A stretch of 32,000 nt of DNA, from assembly GCF_019464535.1 (NCBI RefSeq), contig NZ_CP080507.1, positions 600,001 through 632,000 of the forward strand. Direction: 5' to 3'. Position numbers and translations under genes: made by a program. Shown here one piece after another: positions 18,913 to 26,020 of this stretch (position 1 is its first letter; each line of letters begins with the position of its first letter). Below the pieces are notes generated by a model. It had not been told where the DNA came from. It searched no databases and was given only the letters and a program-made list of their open reading frames with translations. The stretch is from Horticoccus luteus. GTDB lineage: Bacteria > Verrucomicrobiota > Verrucomicrobiia > Opitutales > Opitutaceae.

Positions 18913-19332
18913 ATGAACACCAAGCCAATCCTCGTCCTCGCTCTCGCCGCCACCCTGGCCTTTCTCACCGGTTGTGCCTCCGAGCCCGGCCCGTATGCGC
19001 CGCAGGACACCACGAAATTCACCGTCGAGAACACCGATAAATTCGTGCTCCTCGACAAAGCCACGCAAACCTCCGTGACCTGCACAGGCTTGCAGGAGCG
19101 CACGCTCTCCGACGGCCGCTTCGAAGTGGTGGCCAACATCAAGAACCGCGAAGCGCGCCGCATTCAGGTGCAGGTCAATTGTGTGTTTAAGGACGAACAA
19201 GGTTTCTCGACGGGCGACGAAACGCCGTTTCAGACCTTGATCCTCGCGGAAAACGCGACGGAAGCCGTGCGTTTCACCTCGGCGAATGCCAACGCGCACA
19301 AATACACGATCCGCGTTCGCCAGGCGCGCTGA
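18913..19332 (+). CDS. YcfL/DUF1425-like small lipoprotein, second paralog; module part B2
   Basis: Lipobox LAFLTGC. The core GRFEVVANIKNREARRIQVQVNCVFKDEQGF...ATEAVRFTSANANAHKYTIRVR has the same layout as B1 and YcfL. It starts 26 nt after A2. Confidence 0.6.
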   Translation: MNTKPILVLALAATLAFLTGCASEPGPYAPQDTTKFTVENTDKFVLLDKATQTSVTCTGLQERTLSDGRFEVVANIKNREARRIQVQVNCVFKDEQGFSTGDETPFQTLILAENATEAVRFTSANANAHKYTIRVRQAR

Positions 19333-19557
19333 GGGAAAGCAGGGAAACGGCGCGGCGCGCGCGCTCCGCATTGACGAAAACCTGACGGCTTCCACTGCGG
19401 CGATCGGGCTCACGCGCATCCCTTCGGGATGCGCAAGGCGTGAGCGTATCGCGCGCACGGGCGCGCCACCGCCTCCGCGCAAAGGCGGCCCGCAAAAATG
19501 CGGCGCGAGTGGCGAAATTTCCGGTCAAATCCACGTTAACTCACATCCCCTTGTCCT

Positions 19558-20553
19558 ATGAAAATCCGTGCTTTTCTCTCCGCCGCGTTCGCCTCCGCTC
19601 TCTTCACCAGCGCCTGGGCTCAGAGCTCCACGCGCGCGCCGGAGCCGCCGGTGCCGGTCGTGACTGCGCCCAGCCAAGGGGCGGTCGTGGCCCCGCCAAC
19701 GGAAAACCAGCGCTTGTATGGAGCCGATGCAGCGCCGCTCGTTTCGCGCGAAGCGGCGGATAACGTGGTGCGGAAATTCCGCGCCACCTACGCGACCGGC
19801 CAAGCGCCGCGCGTGGTGATTTATGTGAACCGCCAGCTCGTCGATTTCGACAGCGGGCTGAAGCTCACGAAGCACACGGAGTATTACGATCGCACCGAGA
19901 CGAAGACCAGTAGCGGGATATCCTCCACCGTGACGCCGCCCGCGCCTGCCGCGGGCGCATCGACGACAGGCGCAGACGCCGCGACGAACGCTCCGGCCAA
20001 CGCCGGCTCCGTCACCGCGCCGGTGCCGCCGCCGGCGTCGACCAACGGCACGTCGAGCGCCACGACGCGCACGAGCGGGCAGAACACTTACACGATGGAG
20101 AACAAAACCCCCGCGACCCTGGCGGACCGCCAGACCGTGCGCGATGTGGAGCGCCTCTTCGGCCGGGTCTTTCGCAATGCGGGCGCGCGCCTGGCGGATC
20201 AAAAGGTGGCGACCGACGTGCTGGGCAATGAACCAGGTCAACGGCTCGTCGGCACGCAGGCGGCGCAGGAACGCGCAGCGTTGAGCAAGGTGGCGGACAT
20301 CGCGGTGGAAGTGCTCATTTCGAGCCGCAACCTCACCGTGCCGGGCATCACGGGCGCGCAAGTTTACACCGTGCCGGACATCCAGGCGACGGCGATCCGG
20401 CTCTCGGATGCGGCGATCGTGGGGCAGGCGAGCGCGAGCGATATTTTGGGCCGCGATCAGGAAGCGGCGCGGCTGGTGCGCCAGTTCGACGTCAACGACA
20501 TCACGGAAGCCGTCGCGCTCGCGTTGCTCGAAGACATGACGACGGGCCAGTGA
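19558..20553 (+). CDS. Secreted two-domain protein with S/T/P/A-rich linker; C-terminal domain CsgG/LpoB-like (tentative)
   Basis: Signal peptide MKIRAFLSAAFASALFTSAWAQS. A central low-complexity linker is present (TSSGISSTVTPPAPAAGASTTGADAATNAPANAGSVTAPVPPPASTNGTSS). The C-domain VERLFGRVFRNAGARLADQK...VADIAVEVLISSRN...ATAIRLSDAAIVGQA follows the same pattern as the 10728 and 11897 gene products. Confidence 0.6.
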   Translation: MKIRAFLSAAFASALFTSAWAQSSTRAPEPPVPVVTAPSQGAVVAPPTENQRLYGADAAPLVSREAADNVVRKFRATYATGQAPRVVIYVNRQLVDFDSGLKLTKHTEYYDRTETKTSSGISSTVTPPAPAAGASTTGADAATNAPANAGSVTAPVPPPASTNGTSSATTRTSGQNTYTMENKTPATLADRQTVRDVERLFGRVFRNAGARLADQKVATDVLGNEPGQRLVGTQAAQERAALSKVADIAVEVLISSRNLTVPGITGAQVYTVPDIQATAIRLSDAAIVGQASASDILGRDQEAARLVRQFDVNDITEAVALALLEDMTTGQ

Positions 20554-20761
20554 CGCGGGGCTGCGGTTGGGGCTACCGCGCTCGGAGGAGCGCACGCATC
20601 GCGCTGCCTGCTCCCGGCATCTCGCCGAGGGGTGTTCGGAGGTTCGGAGACTCCGGCGGAACGCCCCGGCCGAGGCCTTGGCACAACGCTTGCCGGTTAT
20701 GCTCTTCTCCGACGCGCGCAGTCCCAGAAGCCCGCACCGTGTGCGAGCGAGTCCGAACGGA

Positions 20762-22123
20762 TTATTTGAGCGACTTCATCCGGCGGCGACGGATGGCCAC
20801 CCAGCCGAGCATCGCCCCGCCGAGCAACGCGGCGTAGGTCGACGGCTCGGGAATCGCGGACGCGGTCCAAGTGAGGATCTGGCTGTTGGAGCCACTCCCG
20901 CTGGTGCTGAAGCTGCCGTAGCTGCTCCAGCTCGAATTATTGATCGTGAACGACCCCGTGATCGAACCGCCGCTGCCGTTGGCCACGATCGTCCACGAAT
21001 GGTTGGAATTCCAAAACGCATTGGAGCCTGGAGCGACCGCCGGGTCGATGAATTCGGGAGCGAGGAGGCCGCTGGTCGCGATGAGCGACGCGCCGCTGGA
21101 AAGCGTGATCAAATCCCAATTGGATCCGGCGGTGCCGCCGGTGTTGTCCGTCAGGCTATCGAGCTGCCAATTGAACGTTGAGCCGGAATCGAAGGTGAGA
21201 GTGCCACCATTCGCGACCGTCAGATTACCGGGACTGTTGCCGGGGGCGAGCGAGCCCCCGCTGCCGATGGTGACTGTGCCGCCCAAGCTGCCCGTGCCGC
21301 TGATGGTCCCAGTGAACACGGAGGCGGCTCCGCCGGTCAACGTGCCACCGGAGGCGACATTGATGTTGTTGGCGACCGTGAGTCCGCCGCCGACGGCCAA
21401 GGTGCCACCGGAGTTCACGATGGCCGAGCCGGAGCCGAGGGCGCTGTTGTGGCCGGTGCTAAGCGTCCCGGCATTGATCGTGATCCCGGCTGTAAAACCA
21501 TTCGCGGCGTCGAGGACAAGCGTGCCGGATCCACTTTTAATTATGCCGCCGTGATGCGATCCATCGAAGTCGTTTATGGCCGATGAAATGTGAATTGTGC
21601 CGCCGCTTGCTACATTTACTATGCCATTGGAATATAGGGATAAAGATAGCAAGCCAGTCGAGGTAGTTGGTACTAGGCTGATTGTTCCTGAGTTTGCGTT
21701 GTCAGTGATGTTCCAAGTTGTAGGCGAACCACCGCCACTTCCAGAGCCCGCACCAAGAACAAGTGCATTACTGGTCGCGCCTCCGTTAGAAATAGTAGTG
21801 GTGTTCGTATCATTGAAGTTATTCTGAAATGTGATGCTAGTTGCATATATATTAACACTCGAAATTGTCATAGTAGTCTTTGGTGCGGCGCTATTTGTGC
21901 CTGTGCCGGCAAATATGAAGTCATATGTATTATTGCGCTTGCTGGCGGAGTTGAGATTAATTGCAGCGGCTGTGTTGTTATCGTACCAAAAATTACTGCT
22001 GCTTGTCCAACTAGACCCAGACGCACTATTCCATTGTAAGCTATCGCCGTTATTTTGAGCATTTGTCGCAGGCGCAAACGTAAGAACGATTAGCGTCAGT
22101 ACCACGGCCATTAGGCGCGACAT
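20762..22123 (-). CDS. PEP-CTERM-anchored surface protein with autotransporter-associated beta-strand (PATR) repeats
   Basis: ORF 20762..22165(-). The start is probably the ATG at 22121-22123 (MSRLMAVVLTLIVLTFAPATNAQ); 22165 and 22111 are alternatives. PATR-like repeats are present (IIKSGSGTLVLDAANGFTAGITINAGTL; GGTLAVGGGLTVANNINVASGGTL). The C-terminal sorting signal IPEPSTYAALLGGAMLGWVAIRRRR is a PEP motif, a TM helix and an Arg cluster. Confidence 0.85.
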   Translation of the reverse strand: MSRLMAVVLTLIVLTFAPATNAQNNGDSLQWNSASGSSWTSSSNFWYDNNTAAAINLNSASKRNNTYDFIFAGTGTNSAAPKTTMTISSVNIYATSITFQNNFNDTNTTTISNGGATSNALVLGAGSGSGGGSPTTWNITDNANSGTISLVPTTSTGLLSLSLYSNGIVNVASGGTIHISSAINDFDGSHHGGIIKSGSGTLVLDAANGFTAGITINAGTLSTGHNSALGSGSAIVNSGGTLAVGGGLTVANNINVASGGTLTGGAASVFTGTISGTGSLGGTVTIGSGGSLAPGNSPGNLTVANGGTLTFDSGSTFNWQLDSLTDNTGGTAGSNWDLITLSSGASLIATSGLLAPEFIDPAVAPGSNAFWNSNHSWTIVANGSGGSITGSFTINNSSWSSYGSFSTSGSGSNSQILTWTASAIPEPSTYAALLGGAMLGWVAIRRRRMKSLK

Positions 22124-22509
22124 TTGAATGGATGCTTTGTCTAGAGAAGAAGCCGCGGCGTTCATAGGCGTGAAGGGGTAAAGTTAGAGGTGTGTGAGTG
22201 TAAATTCCTAAAGCGAATCAAATGGGGCTTGATTAGAAACCGCAGGTCCGGGCAAAAGCTCGCAACCTACAACGCAATAACACGGGGCTAGGACATGGGG
22301 GGCGATTGAAAATAGGCCAAGTGTCTCACTTGGCAGCAACGTCAAAATGCGTATTTCATTGTCCGGGAGGAGAACAGTCCGGTGTCGGAGTTGAATTCCC
22401 CTTCTGCTATTAGCTCGGTGCGTGAGAGACTAACTCCACGTAGGGAAACCTGCGCGCAGAGACCGGCGTTGACACGTTCCGCAATCAGCCAAGGGTTCGG
22501 GCCGCGTCG

Positions 22510-22586
22510 CGGGGTGTAGCTTAGCCTGGTAGAGCGCCTGGTTTGGGACCAGGAGGTCGCAGGTTCGAATCCTGTCGCCCCGACCA
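22510..22586 (+). tRNA. tRNA-Pro (anticodon UGG)
   Basis: The 77-nt sequence CGGGGTGTAGCTTAGCCTGGTAGAGCGCCTGGTTTGGGACCAGGAGGTCGCAGGTTCGAATCCTGTCGCCCCGACCA folds as a cloverleaf. The acceptor stem CGGGGTG/CGCCCCG has 7 bp. The anticodon stem CCTGG/CCAGG closes the loop TTTGGGA, giving anticodon TGG. The T-loop is GGTTCGAATCC and CCA is encoded. It closely resembles E. coli tRNA-Pro(UGG). Confidence 0.95.
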
Positions 22587-22864
22587 TTTTGTCGTCCGTC
22601 CGCTACAACGGACATCGAACCGTGGGGACGGAGCGGTGAGAGAACGAGGCGCTGACGCGCTCCGCTACGCGGAAAATGACGCGTGACCTGTGCAACAATC
22701 CAGCGGACGGGGTGGACCCGTTGGGATCGACGCGTGCAGGGACCTGCGCCGCGACCACGGGAACGAAACGCTCGCTGCCGGACGTTTCCCGAGAGGAAAT
22801 GTGAGCAATCTCTGCTTGCTTCGCCCCCTGTTTCTACTATCGGTCGCAAACCATCTCTACTTCC

Positions 22865-23383
22865 ATGGACACTATTTCTCGGGAAAATAACAGCATGCTC
22901 CCCGTCGGCGGCATTATCGTCGGGGTCATTGCCTTGTTGCTGAGCGGCTACGCCGCCATCAGCCTGGCCAAGGTGAATCGCACCTTGGCTGCACATGAGG
23001 AGAAGGTGGCCCGCATCGATACCCTCGAGTCGCAAGTCAACTCCTCCTCGGCGGCGAGCGAGAAGGCGTCCCGCGACATCGCGGCGCTCACGCGTTCGAC
23101 GCAGGATGCGTTTAACCAAGTCGGCGGCGACTTGGGCAACATCCACGCTTCGCTCACGAAGCTGGAAGAATCCGCCAAGGCGGCGCCGGTGAAAGCCGCG
23201 AAGGGTGGCAGCAGCGGTCCCGTGGTCGCGGGCGAAGGCGAATACGTGATCAAGAGCGGCGACTCGTTTGCGAAGATCGCGCGGTCCCACGGCACCTCGA
23301 TCGCGGACATCCAGGCGGTGAACCCGGGCGTCGATTCCTCGAAGCTGCACGTCGGCCAGAAGATCAAACTGCCGAAGAAGTAA
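22865..23383 (+). CDS. Membrane-anchored coiled-coil protein with C-terminal LysM domain
   Basis: One N-terminal TM helix (LPVGGIIVGVIALLLSGYAAISLA) is followed by a coiled-coil-like segment and a terminal LysM (YVIKSGDSFAKIARSHGTSIADIQAVNPGVDSSKLHVGQKIKLP). An alternative start lies at ATG 22895. Confidence 0.85.
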   Translation: MDTISRENNSMLPVGGIIVGVIALLLSGYAAISLAKVNRTLAAHEEKVARIDTLESQVNSSSAASEKASRDIAALTRSTQDAFNQVGGDLGNIHASLTKLEESAKAAPVKAAKGGSSGPVVAGEGEYVIKSGDSFAKIARSHGTSIADIQAVNPGVDSSKLHVGQKIKLPKK

Positions 23384-23414
23384 TTTCTGCGGTCCACACG
23401 CTGGATCGTAAACG

Positions 23415-23447
23415 AAAACCTCCCGCCAAAACGCGGGAGGTTTTTTT
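23415..23447 (+). terminator. Rho-independent terminator after the LysM gene
   Basis: AAAACCTCCCGC-caaaac-GCGGGAGGTTTT is followed by a T7 run and lies 32 nt after the stop codon. Confidence 0.85.
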
Positions 23448-23714
23448 GTGGTTTCACGGCGGCGGGCAGGCGGATTTTTGGGTCACAGAGTGCAGCGAGT
23501 CCGGAACCGAGTCCACGGAGCCGGACGAGGCGAAGATCGGAGTCGAAACCCTCGCGCAGGGCGGATGGGTCCGCTGCGCACGCGAACCGTGGCAAGGGCG
23601 AAGGCGGTGGCTCGTACAAGCCGCGCGCGGCTGGCGCGGTGAGGCGCGGGGGCGAATCGCGGGAGGGAAAATACGCGTTGGAAAGCGGGACACGTTAACC
23701 TACACGGTGGGCGC

Positions 23715-24299
23715 ATGGCGACGAACGAACCGACGGATCCGGCGAAGATCGCGCGTTGGGAAAAGCTCGGGCACGCGTTGCTCGCATCGACGCGGGTCTT
23801 TGAACTGCGCAGCACGCGCTACCGGCATCCGGTGCGGCTGACGGAGCGGGACTTCATCGTGGCGCATCCGCCGGATTGGGTGAACGTGCTGGCGCTGACG
23901 CCGGACCATCATCTGGTGTTGGTGCGGCAGTTTCGTTTCGGCACGGAGGCGTTTTCGTGGGAAATCCCGGGCGGAGTGATGCACGTGGGCGAGGACCCGC
24001 TGGTCGGCGGGCCGCGTGAGTTGCGGGAGGAAACGGGGTTCATCGGCGCACCGGCGCGCCTGCTGGGAAGCGTGCATCCGAATCCGGCGATCCAGAGCAA
24101 CCGGTGTCACTTCGTGCTGGTGGAACAAGCCGCGCAGACGGCGGCGTTGGAGTGGGACGCGGACGAGGAGATCGAGGTGACGACGCTGCCGGTGGAGGAG
24201 GTGCTGGCGCGCGTGCATGCGGGCGAGATCACGCACGGCCTCGTGCTCAACGCGTTGCTTTTTTTTCAGAAGTATTGGGAAACGATGCGGCCGCGGTGA
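23715..24299 (+). CDS. NUDIX hydrolase (ADP-ribose pyrophosphatase-like)
   Basis: The Nudix box GGVMHVGEDPLVGGPRELREETGF fits Gx5Ex7REUxEExGU. The overall layout is NudF-like (VLALTPDHHLVLVRQFR, EIPGG). Confidence 0.9.
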   Translation: MATNEPTDPAKIARWEKLGHALLASTRVFELRSTRYRHPVRLTERDFIVAHPPDWVNVLALTPDHHLVLVRQFRFGTEAFSWEIPGGVMHVGEDPLVGGPRELREETGFIGAPARLLGSVHPNPAIQSNRCHFVLVEQAAQTAALEWDADEEIEVTTLPVEEVLARVHAGEITHGLVLNALLFFQKYWETMRPR

Positions 24300-24493
24300 G
24301 GGTGGCGGGCGCGAGGGGAAGGGCATTCGTTCAGCGTGGCGGCGGCGAGAGGCTGGCGGGAAATTGGCGCGCGGCATGAAGAAGCGCGGCGGCGGAGAAA
24401 ACGAAACGCGGACGCGTGCCGCCACGTAGGGGAGACCGGGCGCAACGTTTGACTTGCCAGTTGAGGCACGCATACCTTGCGCCCCGTTTACCC

Positions 24494-25747
24494 ATGCCTG
24501 CGCTTGAATTTGCCAACAGCCCGGCCGCCCTTGCTCCGGGCGTGGCCGATACTTTGCCCAGCCCGCTCGAAACCGAGATTCGGGCCATTTACGCGCGGAG
24601 TCCGCTTTACGGCCAACGCTTTCCGCTGCACGCCGACCCGTTGAAGTGGTCGTGTTACAGCGAGATCCCGGTCCTCTCGAAACAGGAAATCGTGGAGCGC
24701 GGGCACCAGGCGTTTTTCGGCGATTACGCCGAGGTGGAGCGCGGCCTGCGCGACAAGCGTTTCGAATATGAGGCCACGGGCGGGACGACGCAGAGTCCCA
24801 TGACCGTCATCATGGAGGATGGTTGGTGGAATGCGCAGACGGAGCGCGCTTACCGTGCGTCGCCGATCCTGCGGGAGTTCGTGGGGCGTCCGTATCGCAA
24901 GTGTGTGCTCGCGCCGGTGGGCTGCTCCAGCAACCTGTGTCCTTACGAGGACCATCCGTTTCCGAACCGGTATTTTGACGGCACGGTTTACCTCAACCTG
25001 TCGAGCGATCCGTTCGCGTTTTTGGACCCGGAGTGGGATCGCATCGTGCTGGAGTTGCAGGCGACGCAGCCGGAGGTGCTCGAAGGGGAGCCGGTTTATT
25101 TGTCGCTGCTGGCGCGCGCGGTGCAGAAGCGCGGTGTGAAGGTGCCGAGCATCCGCGCGGTGATTCTCACGTATGGCAAGGCGAGCGCGCAGCACGGGCG
25201 GCGGATCGCCGAGGCGTTTCCGGCGCCGCAGGTCGATCTCTATGGCTCGACGGAAGCGGGTTACCTGTTTGTGGGCGAGGCGTTCAAGGACAACTCGCAG
25301 GTGATCGATGAAAACGCGTTCGTGGAGCTGACGCCGTGGCAGGGGTTGAGCGATGTGTTTCAAATCGCGGTGACGACGCGCGGGCGCGAGGCGATGCCGC
25401 TGCTGCGCTATCGCACGGGCGACATCGTGCAGAAATTTCCGACGGGTTATCGCGTGCTCGGGCGCGAGTCGGGCCTGTATTTTCGGCCGGATGGCTCCTT
25501 GGTCTCGCCGACCGACATCGACGCGGCGCTGCCGGCGAATTTCGCGTGCTGGCATTACATGCTGGTGCAGACCAGTGCGGTGCGTTGGGACTTCCACTAC
25601 GTGGCGGATCACACCGCGACGAGCGAGGTGGAGACGCGACTCGCGGGGTTGCTGGGCGAGGGCGTGCGCGTGAACGCGTTTCGCCGGAAGTTCATCGCGC
25701 CGGCGGCGAGCGGGAAGTTTTCGCTGCTGAAGCCGTTGGCGAAGTAA
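24494..25747 (+). CDS. Adenylate-forming enzyme, phenylacetate-CoA ligase / coenzyme F390 synthetase (CapK-like) family
   Basis: ORF 24416..25747(+), trimmed to ATG 24494 (MPALEFANSP). Motifs present: ATGGTTQSPM (the P-loop-like A3 motif), DLYGSTEAGYLF, and LLRYRTGDIV. The substrate cannot be inferred. Confidence 0.75.
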   Translation: MPALEFANSPAALAPGVADTLPSPLETEIRAIYARSPLYGQRFPLHADPLKWSCYSEIPVLSKQEIVERGHQAFFGDYAEVERGLRDKRFEYEATGGTTQSPMTVIMEDGWWNAQTERAYRASPILREFVGRPYRKCVLAPVGCSSNLCPYEDHPFPNRYFDGTVYLNLSSDPFAFLDPEWDRIVLELQATQPEVLEGEPVYLSLLARAVQKRGVKVPSIRAVILTYGKASAQHGRRIAEAFPAPQVDLYGSTEAGYLFVGEAFKDNSQVIDENAFVELTPWQGLSDVFQIAVTTRGREAMPLLRYRTGDIVQKFPTGYRVLGRESGLYFRPDGSLVSPTDIDAALPANFACWHYMLVQTSAVRWDFHYVADHTATSEVETRLAGLLGEGVRVNAFRRKFIAPAASGKFSLLKPLAK

Positions 25748-25779
25748 GCGGGGTTTAGCGAGTGAGGGTGCGTGAGGGC

Positions 25780-25906
25780 GCCGTGGCGGCACGGCGGGAG
25801 AATGCGGGGTGAGGGCACCCCGCCCACAGATTGGCGAAGAATGCGGGGTGAGGGCACCCCGCCCACAGATTGGCGGAGAATGCGGGGTGAGTGCACCCCG
25901 CCCACG
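25780..25906. repeat. Intergenic hairpin array: one GC hairpin plus 2.7 tandem copies of a 39-bp unit, each holding an 8-bp stem-loop
   Basis: Units start at 25801, 25840 and 25879 (AATGCGGGGTGAGGGCACCCCGCCCACAGATTGGCG[A/G]AG). Units 1 and 2 differ at one base. Unit 3 is truncated and has one loop change. Each unit contains GCGGGGTG-aggg-CACCCCGC. The array is preceded by (C)GCCGTG-gcgg-CACGGC(G) at 25779-25796. Confidence 0.9.
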
Positions 25907-26020
25907 CGGCGGCGGATGCGGACGCTGACGAGACGCTGACGCGTCACGCGCGGTTGGGCTGGCGGGGCCGCCAAGTTCAACTCGCTTTCGCGGCGGGGGT
26001 TGAGCTAACTGCGCGCCACG

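Noticed and set aside
21535-22586. Genomic island or prophage remnant integrated at tRNA-Pro
   Set aside because: The low-GC patch lies on the 5' (upstream) side of the tRNA rather than at its 3' end. I found no integrase or other mobility gene and did not spot a direct repeat of the tRNA 3' end. The patch is only about 0.9 kb and ends inside a gene. I therefore report it as a mosaic-gene or compositional anomaly, not as a mobile element.
24449-24478. TTGACT-N18-TACCTT promoter-like element upstream of the ligase gene
   Set aside because: The -10 box is weak (only the TAnnnT skeleton), the element sits just 15 nt from the ATG, and nothing else supports it. That is not enough to list it as a feature.
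25801-25906. Possible mini-CRISPR array, given palindromic repeats with regular 39-bp spacing
   Set aside because: The 39-bp units are directly adjacent with no unique spacers between them. There are only 2.7 copies and no cas genes or leader. It is a tandem REP-like repeat, not a CRISPR.
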